DNA from: Zootoca vivipara
Taxonomy: Eukaryota
NCBI RefSeq assembly: GCF_963506605.1
Contig: NC_083281.1
Location: 14,322,001 to 14,386,000 of the forward strand
Direction of reading: 5' to 3'
DNA length: 64,000 bases
Below the pieces are notes generated by a model, which was given only the letters and a program-made list of their open reading frames with translations, was not told the DNA's origin and ran no database searches. Each line of letters begins with the position of its first letter. Position 1 is the stretch's first letter. Made by a program: the position numbers and the translations under genes. Positions 13,201 through 23,517 of this stretch are shown in pieces.

Positions 13201-15279
13201 ACTTAGGAAGGAGAAAAATAACCATTACCTTAATAATAACAATTTAAATAGATTTATTCAACTGAAACAATAACATTACAGCATATGTTATTTGCTTAAA
13301 CAAACATCCATGTTTGTTAACTAATTTGGCTAAACAAAAACAATATATATATATTTTAAGAAACTTAGACTGTCAGCCCAGCCTACACATGAAAAACTTA
13401 AATACTGTCCACTCCAAACAATCAGAAAAATATTGTTTCTATTCTATTCACTGAACTTCTTGAAACTTAGCACTGAAGGGGTTGTTTCTGTATTCATAGG
13501 TTTGTAGAACAATAGGATTAAGGTCTTTTTCTCAACTCTGTTCATGTTATAACATTTTTGCTGTGAAGAAGAGGCATGTGATCTCTGTTGAGTCAAATTC
13601 AGTTTTGAGAACTGCAAAAGTAAACCAAGCATCTGTGATAATATCTTGTAGGCAGAGAAACTGCCCAATAATCTTACAAAAACCTCTGGAAGAGCATGAC
13701 ATTGTGAATGGATTAATGGAATTTATTTACCCCCAAAATTAAACATATACAACCTTATTCTACATAATTAAAAAACTAATCTTTATTTCATGATGGAATA
13801 ACCTTTGGATGGTAATATATTTTCCTCAAAAAGCATTTTATTTAAAAAAAAATCCGATTTAAATAAAAAAAATCCGATTTAAATCAAATTTTAATTATTT
13901 TTTTTAAAAATCATTGATTTTTATCCACCCTGCCTTTAACACTGTTTTTAGTTCTGACTGGCCAATCTCAAGTACAAATCCCCGAGCCCCTTCGCCAGAT
14001 GATGCCCTAGACATGGCCCAGCACCTTGCCCCTTGAGCTGGCTTGTCTAATGGTAGGGCCGGCCCCAGACATAGCCCTTGGGATGATACGATTGTCTCAA
14101 TTAGCCTGTTTCCCACCACCTTCCTTTCCCGCAGGACTTGACGCCTGAACTGAACAAGCACTGGCCATCCTTCATCAACCTGAGCAACTTCCAGTTCTGG
14201 TAACCAAGGCAGGGGGCTAAACAGAGACGGGGTTGGGGTTGGAGAAGGGCCACGCGCTAGCTGGAGCTGACGGACGTTGTAACCCCAAACATCTGGAGGG
14301 GGAGAAGTTGGGGAAGGCTCAGGTAGAGAGAGGCCGGGTGTGCCTGGCAACGGTTGTTTACTCCTTCCTCCCGCACAGGGAAAAAGAGTGGCAGAAACAC
14401 GGGAGCTGCGCCGGCTGCGTGGAAGCGCTGAGCTCTCCCAACAAATACTTCCGAGCCGCCCTCTTCCTGCGCACAAAATATAACATTGACAGGTGAGCTG
14501 AAAAGGGCAGTGTCCTCCTGCGGCAGCCGTGACGACCGTGCGGTATATCGCAATTTGGATTCTGTGGGAAAGATGTACATAAATTAATACAATTAAAATC
14601 CATATGGCATCTAGTACAGTGTGCCTTACAATGGCTACCACAGGCAGAAAAATAATTAAGTGGCGCACCAAGGTCACCATCTGTTTTCAAGTGGTCTATA
14701 GGGGAGGGCAGGAGTTGCTGCTGTAGCTAAATGACCCTGTTTTACATTCCATTTCTGAACACAGCGCCTTTCAAAGAGCTGCTGTCATCCCATCTTGTAT
14801 CCAGAGCTACCAGGTACCATACCTATTCTGTCCTAATTTTTGCTTCCCTGGAGACCTGAGAAATTGGGGAAGAGAGGGGGGTGGGTTACGGAAGGCTGCC
14901 ATAAAATAGCTGGGTCCTCATTACAGTTTTAATTCATCTCCTCATCCTCCTGGCCTGCAATAAGTCTATTAAGGCTATTATTGGTATTACTGTATTATTA
15001 TTACTAGTGTAATTCAGCCCGTTGAGTAAACGGGCGCTAGAACATCCCGGGGTTCGGAGAAGCGCTTGCGCAGCGCTTCTCCGAACCCCGGGACCTGTCC
15101 TTGTTGTCGGTGGCAGGGGGACAGGAACAAAGGAGGAGAAAGCAGCCCTTTCTCCTCCTCCCTTCCTCTCCCCCAGCCGCCGACAGGAAGGAGACATCCC
15201 GGGGTTTGGAGAAGCGCTTGCGCGGACACAGGGACACAGGGAATCTGGATGCAGAGACACTTGCACTTTATTATATACG

Positions 15280-15327
<48 letters not shown>

Positions 15328-16177
15328 TGAATTTATATACCGCCCTATACCAGGAGGTTTCAGGGCGTTTCACAGAAAAGATACACAGAAAAGGTTGTGT
15401 ACGCACTATCTCTTCGAAACACAATCTTTCCTTCAAAGAATTCTGGGCACTGTAGTTTGCTAAGGGTTACTGTGAATGGTAATTCAGGCTGCGCACCTGG
15501 TTCTTCAGGGGCAGAGTTTTGGGAGCAAACTCTGCCCCCATCCATTCGGTGCCAGTTCCCTGGGCATGCATTTAATCATACCCAACATTTAATCCTATTG
15601 GGATTTGGGTGGCTGCAAATGACATATTTCTACCCACCAGAAGGCCCCAAATTTAATCCCCAGCATCCAATGGTAGGCCTGGGAGAGACTCCTGCTGGAA
15701 AATCCCAGAGAACTGCTGCTGGCAGCCTGTGTAGACAATGCTGATCTGGGTGGGACAATGGCTTGGCAGCTTCATGTATATGTCCTAACCATAGTTCTTT
15801 GCCCCATCCTGCCTGCAATTCTCATCCTCAGCTCAGCACCTTTGTGACAGTGTTGCGGCCCGTCCTGGGAGACCAATATGAACTCCAGTGTGTGACTGAC
15901 ATCCAGGTGGGTTCCCTTCTCTCCCAGAGCAGAGAGCTCCCGCCTTATTGTTCCCCCTCTTCTCAAATCTTTTTTTCCCTCTTTGCAGGGGCGTCAAATA
16001 TTGGTGCAAATAAAGGTTTCCCTCCACAGCAATTTCTCCTCCAGCTGCATTGCAGACTCCTACTACAACACCTCCCCTTACAAGCCCTGCAGGAGCGAGA
16101 AGAGGGTTTTCTATTTCCCCGCCAGCCAGAAGTATCCGCGCAACCCCTGCCCCAACTCAAGGCAGGTAGAGATGTGA
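5855..16177 (+). CDS. Ribonuclease T2-family protein, secreted/lysosomal (RNASET2-like paralogue), 263 aa, 9 coding exons
   Basis: Exons 5855-5970, 7972-8029, 9410-9477, 11707-11764, 14135-14199, 14379-14492, 14765-14813, 15832-15906, 15989-16177; all GT-AG and in phase (792 nt). Hydrophobic N-terminus [21 protein letters not shown]; [10 protein letters not shown]; CAS I WTIHGLWP; [17 protein letters not shown]; AATAAA at 16214-16219. Confidence 0.93.
6390..6762 (+). mobile_element. L2-clade LINE 3' fragment with (TTA)n tail
   Basis: Nearly identical to the 3' part of the copy at 47950-48602. Confidence 0.88.
6821..6997. mobile_element. Tc1/mariner (pogo/Tc2-like) MITE
   Basis: TIRs CCGTATTTTTCCAT / ATGGAAAAATACAG with TA on both flanks. 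Related copies at 23235-23387 and, partially, about 19290-19435. Confidence 0.75.
7380..7735 (+). mobile_element. Non-autonomous Helitron
   Basis: A|TC...TATATATAAAA 5' end; hairpin GCCAC...GTGGC just upstream of a terminal CTAG|T; no TSD; internal inverted repeat at 7431-7521. Confidence 0.75.
8178..8494. mobile_element. hAT MITE
   Basis: TIR CAGGGGTCGGCAA / TTGCCGACCCCTG; 8-bp TSD GTCTAGTC. Confidence 0.9.
8811..8946. mobile_element. 136-bp hAT MITE (copy 1)
   Basis: Long TIR CAGGCATCCCCAAACT; 8-bp TSD ATTTAGAC. Confidence 0.9.
9168..9303 (+). mobile_element. tRNA-headed SINE with CR1-like tail
   Basis: TAGCTCAG...TAGAGCATGAGACTCT A-box-like head and ATTCTATG-type tail. A related copy is near 11822-11930. 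Confidence 0.65.
9574..10225. mobile_element. hAT non-autonomous element containing a nested Tc1/mariner (Tigger-like) MITE at 9807-10053
   Basis: Imperfect TIR CAGTGCCAGATTTA / TAAATCCAGCCCTG; 8-bp TSD ATATTAAG. The nested element is flanked by TA. Same family at 20626-21412 and, partially, 64-292. Confidence 0.8.
10508..11636 (+). mobile_element. 5'-truncated CR1 LINE (RT C-terminal half, disrupted)
   Basis: [52 protein letters not shown]; tail CTATGATTCTATGATTC. Confidence 0.93.
11931..12522 (-). mobile_element. L2-clade LINE 3' fragment (second family)
   Basis: ORF 12084-12365: LVLTYKALN...[14 protein letters not shown]. Related copies near 34120-34490, 36160-37420 and 59700-59990. Confidence 0.8.
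15004..15280 (-). mobile_element. Non-autonomous Helitron inserted in a (TTA)n tract
   Basis: Minus strand A|TCGTATATAATAAA ... hairpin GCCCGTT/AACGGGC ... CTAG|T; internal palindrome at about 15045-15092. Confidence 0.78.
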
Positions 16178-16283
16178 ATTCTGCAAGGCGGAAAAAAGGC
16201 TATAAGCAGCTAAAATAAAAACTTTAGGAATGGATACTTGCTCTGGTGTGTGTTCTTTTAATAGAATTCCCTGGGCTCTACCA

Positions 16284-16936
16284 CAGTGGTACCTTGGTTC
16301 TCAAACTTAATCCGTTCCAGAAGTCCGTTCCAAATCCAAAGCGTTCCAAAACCAAGGCGCGCTTTCCCATAGAAAGCAATGCAAAACGGATTAATCCGTG
16401 CCAGACTTTTAAAAACAACCCCTAAAACAGCAATTTAATGTGAATTTTACTATCTAACGAGACCACTGATCCATAAAATAATCAATAATCAATGTACTGT
16501 ACTATAAAATAAATAAGACAGTATTGTAGATGATAAAAATAAAAATTATTTTGTTTTTCTTACCTGCACGGATGATAGTCATTGTTTGGATGGGGGCTTT
16601 TATCCATTTCCGCAGTCACACAATCAATCAATCAGTAGCTGAACTGGGTTCCACAGTGTCACAAAAACAAATTAAACCGAAAAAGCCTCAAAAACAAAAA
16701 CGCAAAATAAAGAGCAAAAACAAAAGCGCCAAACTTAATCCGTTCCGGAAGTCCATTTGACTTCCGAAATGTTCGAAAACCAAGGCACAGCTTCTGATTA
16801 GTGCAGGCACCCTGGAAACAATAGCCGGCAGCCGCATTGGATGTTTGGCTTCCAAAAAAAGTTCGGAAACCGGAACACTTCCTTCCGGGTTTTTGGCGTT
16901 TGGGAACCAAGGCGTTTGAGAACTAGGGTACCAGTG
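16284..16936. mobile_element. Tc1/mariner (Tigger-like) non-autonomous element
   Basis: TIR CAGTGGTACCTTGGTTCTCAAAC. Further copies at 22062-22702 and 28679-29171 (inverted), with TA flanks. Confidence 0.8.
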
Positions 16937-17449
16937 TATTAGACAAGGTGATCTTTCCACCTCAAGCCGTGGATTTGGAGGAACCACAGGCCACCAAGTT
17001 ATCAGTTGTTTTCATTAATTCTATTTTTATCAAAGCCTCAGCAGTCGCTCCTGCAACAGCCAGTAGCGGACACCTAGCTGGATGGCTTTAAGAGAGTATT
17101 AGACAAGACTCTCAGCCTAACCTACTTTGCAGGGTAGTGAGGATAAAATGAGGGTAAAATGCAGAGGGGGTGGGGAACCATTTTAAGCCCACTTGGAGGA
17201 AAGGTATGATATAAATGTAATAAATCTTCCACAATACAGTACCAGCTTCACAGAAGTATTAAATTATTTAAGCAAACAGACATTTTCTTTCGATTCTTTA
17301 AAACTCTCTGTTTAATGCAAGTGCTCTTAAGGCAGCAATTGCAAAGGTCTGAAAACTTAAATGTTACATGATGGTGTTGCAATTAGTATGTCACCTGCCG
17401 CCACCCCTTTAACTCCGGTTTGCAGGGATCACATGCTTAGGATACTCCA

Positions 17450-19940
17450 ACTAGAGGCGTAACTTGAGAGGGCCAAAGTGGAGTCATTTCCTGTTTGCAG
17501 CGGTTTAAAGTCCCGCGTTTGTTCCTAATGTTTATGTTTCAAGCCCGTTTCACCGCATTTTGCAGAGACCATCATGAGCCCAGGCAAGACATCGACATCT
17601 TTTGGTAGATACAACAATCTCATGCACAAGGATTACATGGCGAGCAATTGCTTCGGAGTCCATTTGCACGGGATCCGTATTGCAAACCGCCCTCAGGAGC
17701 AACAGGGGCGGGAACCGCAACAAGAATTGCACGCGCAAAATAAAAAATAAATAAACCAAGTAGATTTCCCCCGGCCTGAGGGTGGTGAGTGTTCCTTTCA
17801 AACCTGGAGCACAAATCTTAACCCTGCTTTTTACTACAGGGGATCTTCCCTCCACGTTATTAAAAGGCGCCCATTACTCGGGCTGCGATCCCGGAAGGCA
17901 TTGCAATGGATCCCCAAGCGGGGTGGGAGGAGCCTGTAAGGGTGACGGCACCGAGTTCCCTCCTTTTCTTTTACCGGATTGGCCGCCGTTGCAGATTTCT
18001 TCCTCGCCAACCCCCTCTTGTTAGCTTCAAAGTGGAGAGAGGGGTGTGTGTGGATCCTCCCTTAACACGTGGAGAAGCAGCTGGGTTTTAATTCATTTGC
18101 AACTGGTAGGGGAAATTGGAAGCGGGGTTCCTAGATGGTGGGAGAGCAAGCCTGCGGGGTCTTCCCTTCCAACATGGGGTGCAGGGAAAACCCACTCCCC
18201 CCATGAGTTACCCCCGTGGTATCGAACCCTCTTGCCCCATCCACCGCCTCTTCTCCCTGCTGTATCCATTTCGCGTCCTCGCCCCTTTAGCTTTCTAGGT
18301 AGCTGTGTTTGCAAGCAGGTTCCCACCCCCAAATACTCCCCCCCAAATGCACCCCTCCTTTGCACCCCAAGGGGTGCATTGAACCTGCCCCATCCCTCCC
18401 CCTCTTAATTTGCAGCAGGCGCCTTTGCACCAAGGCAGCTCTTTGGTGATTGCCTTCAGCGCGCCCCCTTCTCTTCCATGCACCCCGTTTTTCTGCAAAC
18501 CCCCCCCCCCAAATTTCCGGAGTTAACGCTTTCCTTGCCTTGCACATTTCCTACTCTCCATAGGGGGTATCCCCCTCCACTTCATTTCTCACCCCCCCCC
18601 CCGCTGGCTTTGGGACACTCCAAAGCCCCATCTCCTCCTCAGCGCCTCCCCAATTAATCCGAATTAACGGGGGAGATGGGGGGGGAGGCAATAAATGTGC
18701 TTGTGTGGAAACACCTGGGGAGGGGGCTGTGGAGCTTTTTATGGGATAGGTGGGGTGAGTCACCTTCACATTTCAAGGAAGGAGATTTGGGTGGGACGTT
18801 TAATCTTTTGGGAGAGAGATTTTTTATTTATTGGGGGGGGTTATTGAGCTTTGGGGCAAAGGGGCTGCTGTGTTGGGTTATTGGGGAGGTTTTTTTGGGG
18901 GGGCCTTCTGTGGAGGTTTTGGAGGGGGCATACCCTGTTGTTGTACAGTGAGAAGGAATGTGGGGCTTTGGGGGGGGGGAATACTAAAAGTGAGCCCCCT
19001 TCTCCATGAAATCCTCCTCACTGAGGCCACTTGGGGGCCATTTTCCCAGAGGGGATTCCCGCCAGGTTTTTTTGGGGGGGGGAGAAGGTCATGTTTGTGT
19101 TTGGGGGGGGTCCTCCACAGAGCTTTGGGGAAACCGAGAGGTGACTTGGGGCACCCTGAGGCCATTTTGCGAGCGGAAAAGCTCTGGGAGAGGGAAAGCG
19201 ACCATTGCAGTGTTTTCTTTATTTTGTTTTAACAAAATTTAAGCCTCTCTGAGGTGGCTTAAATCTTAAGTGGATTTCCAACTATTAAGACACACCCATG
19301 TATAAGACACCCCCTATTTTGGGGGACTCCATTTTAAGAAATCGGGCAGAGATGGCTCCGTGTATAAGGCGAGCCATGATTTTGAGCATTATTTTAGAGT
19401 GAAAAAACCCTAGTCTTATACATGGGAAAGTACAGTAATTTGTGAATGGACTGTTTGATCGGTTGGCCGGGCAACAGATTTTGAATTTGAATACGTGGGC
19501 TGCCGTTTTTTTGGTTTAGCACCTCAGGCGCCATTTTGGAAGAGGCCTTTTCTTCTTGCTTGGGACCAAAGTGGGGAAGAAGAAGGCCTCTCCTGAGGGA
19601 CAAAGGCGGGTGTGCTGCTATCATTCCCTGAAAATAAAGGTTTGCACACAAAAGATGGATCTATCCCGTTTTTCACATGTACCAGTTTGCACAGTTTTAA
19701 TTCTTTTGTTCATGACCACTTAATTGTAAAACAGAAACAAAACTGAACCCCGTCAAAATGGTTCACGGTCAGTCAGATAATTGTCTAAAAATCATGTTTC
19801 TTTAATCTGGCAGTCTCTAAAAAATAATCCATTCCATTTGCGCGCTGCTTCCCTGCTGTTTAGCCCTGAAAATACATTCGAACGACGGATTGGGTATGAA
19901 AACAAGATAATTGCTGACGTTAAAAACGGCAGTAATGAAA
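17450..19940 (+). promoter_or_regulatory. CpG/GC-rich region, probable promoter and 5' UTR exon(s) of the ADAD2-like gene
   Basis: CpG-rich stretches, a GTGAGT donor near 17785, and CCAAT, MYB-like, CHR-like and YY1-like motifs. The ADAD2-like ATG exon is preceded by an acceptor at 23512-23513. Confidence 0.45.
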
Positions 19941-20625
19941 TACAGTAACATCGGCAGAGACTTATGAAAAGCCAAACCAGAAGGAAAGCCTGGTTTCCAA
20001 GTCTTGGTGAAATAGGAAGGCTTGAACTGGCCCTTGGCCAAGGGAGAAAGGTATGGGTCTGGCAGGCTTCCCTTGGGGAGGGATTCTGCAAGGCTGGGGG
20101 CCACCAGAGAAAAGGCCTTGTTTTTTGTGGCGGATGACAGTCTGCCTTCCCTCCTCAATGGTTATGCGGAACTTGAGGGGGAGATTTTTTAGGGTCTGGG
20201 GCAAGCTTAGTAGCCGGATAGTAGCAATGTTGCACTGCTGTTCCCTGGAGTTTTTAGTGGGGAGGAATTCCCAGGGTAGCATTATGAGGTAGAGCAGAGG
20301 GATGGGTCCCAACTCCTGAGAAAATATCATGCTAAATGCAGACGCAAACTTGCAGAATTTGGAGATATTCTGCAGGATTTCGGGGGGGGGGAGAGAGAGA
20401 AAATTCGGTGAGTTGCATGGCAGGGGCATTGTATGGATATTGTGGTGTTTTGCCGTGGAGATATATTCCAAGTGGGGAGAGGTGGGGAGGGTCTGTGTTG
20501 TGTGTGGGCTGCGGTGACCGTTTGCTGGGCTGGTAGGGGTTGTAGAGTAATGAAAATGAGGCAAATTTAAGTAGTAAATCCTGATTTGGGGGAAGAAACT
20601 AGGTCTACAATCATATACATCCATG

Positions 20626-21412
20626 CAGGGCTGGATTTAGGTTTGATGAGACCCTAAGCTCCTGACGGTAATGGGGCTCTTTATATGTCCAGCTGAGTTG
20701 TCAGCAACAAATTGCCGCTGTTTTTTGTGTTAAATAGATGCTAGATGGTAATTCGTGGACCTAATAGGTATCTCAAGCCATTTGCACATGTTGAAGTGTC
20801 AGGCATAGCTCTAGTGGCTTTAGCCCAAACATAGCAGAGTTTTCCTGCACAGTGCAGAAGCTAGTTGAGGTGGAAATGACTAGTCGGCTAGACGCAGAAT
20901 AACTATTTACAGGATTTATTAAAAGAAAACAAAAGCAGCAGAGTTTCTGCATACAAAGCAAAGCAAATAAATCCTCTCTGTCTCTCTCTCTCCAACCATA
21001 CGCAGCACTCCTACTCCTAACACCCAACAAGAAACAACTGTGCTAGCATTCCTAGATAACAGAGTTCAGTGCTGGTCATTAACCAATCAGAGAGTAGTTT
21101 CCAGGCCAGGCAGACCTTGGCTTTCTGCCAAGAGTAAATTGACACTGCCTTGAGTTAATTGTATGAAGCAAGAATCTGTAAGTTTCCCATGAGAACCAAT
21201 TAACAGAAACTGAACAGCCGTGCAACCAGTCCATGCAGAATGTCATCAGCCTATACATAGAAAGGAGCAAACCAGGGATATTTGAGGGAGCAGGCTAGCC
21301 TTATATTCTGGAAATGTACATCCAGGTTTTTTTCCCTTTAATTTTTTTGGGGCCCCCAAGAGAGTGGGGCCCTGAGCTAGAGCTTGTTTAGCTTTTAGTA
21401 AATCTGGCGCTG
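20626..21412. mobile_element. hAT non-autonomous element with a nested solo-LTR-like insert (about 20789-21216)
   Basis: TSD CATCCATG/CACCCATG; inverted relative to 9574-10225. The insert has TG...CA-like ends, a CCAAT box and AATAAA on the minus strand; no clear TSD for the insert. Confidence 0.65.
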
Positions 21413-22061
21413 CACCCATGGCACACAGCAGGACCTATTTAGGAATAGACATACATAGGATTATTGCACTGCAAGACATTCTGCCGTTGTTACAGAAAAA
21501 AATGATGGGAATGTTTGACTGCGGTATACAAACCTTGCATTTATCTCATTGTGATGGCTGCCATGATGGATGGCTTTGAAAAGGGGATAAGGCAAACTGA
21601 TGGATGGGAATTTCTCAGTGGCTGCTAGTTACGATTTACTTATAAAAATATTTATATACCGCCATATCGCAAAAATAAAGCGGTGTGCCACAATAGAAGC
21701 ATGACATCAAGCAGTAAAAGCATTTAAAGAAGTTAAAAGCAAACATCAGTAAACCATTGTGGAAGGATAGGCTTTGAATTAGGCCTGGCATGAATAAAGA
21801 ATTTGGCGGTGTACCAGCCTCCAGTATCAGAGGCAGGGTGCTCCCGAATACCAGTTGCTGAGGATCAGGAGTGTGAGACAACAATTGCATTAATGTTTGT
21901 GGACTTCCCAGAAGCATTTTGTTGGCCACTATGAGAGCAGAACACTGGACTAGATAGGCCTTTGGTCTAATCGAACAGGGCTCTTGTGTAGTTATGACTG
22001 TATTTAAACAATCCTCTTTCTTTGTTTATATTAGTAGCCCTGTTCAGTTAGTGTGCCTGTA

Positions 22062-22702
22062 CAGTGGTACCTTGGTTCTTAAACCTAATCCGTTCCGCAA
22101 GTCCATTCTAAAACCAAAGCGTTCCAAAACCAAGGCATGCTTTCCCAAAGAAAGTAGTGCAAAACAGATTAATCCATTCCAGACTTTTAAAAACAACCCC
22201 TAAAACAGCAATTGAACATGAATTTTACTATCTAATAAGACCATTGATCCACAAAATGAAAGCAATAATCTCTGTACTGTACCGTAAAATAAGACAGTAT
22301 TGTAGATGATAAAGATTAAAATTAATTGTTCTTCTTACCTGCATGGATGATAGTCATTGTTTGGATGGGGGGCTTTTATCCATTTCCACAGTCAATCAGT
22401 CAATCAATCAATCAGTAGCTGAACTGGGTTCCACACAGCCACTAAAGCAAATCAACCTAAAAAGCCTCAAAAACAAAATAAATAGCAAAAACAAAAGCGC
22501 CAAACATAATCAGTTCCGGAAGTCCGTTTGACTTCCGAAATGTTCGGAAACCAAGGTGCAGCTTCTGATTGGTGCAGGGCAGGCGCCCCGGAAACAACCA
22601 CATTGGACGTTTGGCTTCCAAGAAACATTTGAAAACCGGAACCCTTACTTCCGGGTTTTCATTGTTTTAGAACCAAGGCATTTGAGAACCAATGTACTAC
22701 TG
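22062..22702. mobile_element. Tigger-like non-autonomous element, copy 2
   Basis: Colinear with 16284-16936; TA flanks. Confidence 0.8.
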
Positions 22703-23517
22703 TAGTCCATTTTCTAAAACTACTGTTACATACCACTCTCTCTAAGTGGGTTCCAAACACTTTTCCAGGGTTTGGTTTCCTTAGAATGAAGGTCAACAGG
22801 GACTCTTTAGGTTATATGGCTTTATTTACATGTGTGTGCGGCGTGAGCACAGGATAGAGGGGCAGACAGCACTAACAGCCTAACAGATCTTGCTTCTCCA
22901 TTAGGTCTCCAGAGAAGCCCCAAAGTTCATAGGCAAGACATGCGTGTCTCTGTATCTCCCTCTTCCAGCAGGCTTCAGCTCTTTCAAACTCAACACTGTC
23001 TGTCGGTCTCCATAGCTAGAAATAAACTGGTTTGGCAAACTTCATCTTATACCTTCTACCCTCACAAGATCACAGGTTTTGGGAGGGCATCCAGACAGAC
23101 CCCTCCCAACTCAAAGCTATATAGTTTGCTTAAAGCAGTTCACAGAAAATAGACAAATATAATAATATCACAATAGCATCTCGAGGCAGATGGATGGCCA
23201 ACAATACAGTAGCCTTGGTTCATAATAAAACTTACCGTACTTTTCGGTGTATAAGACTAGGTTTTTTTTTTACTTTAAAAAAAGGTTAAAAATCTGGGGG
23301 TGTCTTATACACGGATAGTGCATATGCCCATTTTCTAAATTTGGGGTCCCCAAAAGTAGGGGGCATCTTATACATTGAAAAATACGGTATATTTCCCCTA
23401 CAACACAACACTGATACAAAACTTAGACATTCAAGCGAAAAGGTGCAATTGTAAACATCCCTTCAGCTTGCTAGCAGAGAGTTTTAAATTTTATCTGTTT
23501 CCCTTCTTCCCAGCAAA

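Noticed and set aside
13904-14680. 258-aa minus-strand ORF, the longest in the track
   Set aside because: Antisense to RNase T2 exons 5-6, with no recognisable domain.
19962-20624. 220-aa minus-strand ORF
   Set aside because: No domain or convincing splice structure; partly overlaps degenerate LINE-like sequence.
22724-23202. Possible solo LTR (TGTT...AACA)
   Set aside because: The flanking 4-mers differ (CTAC/ATAC) and there is no second copy; too weak to call.
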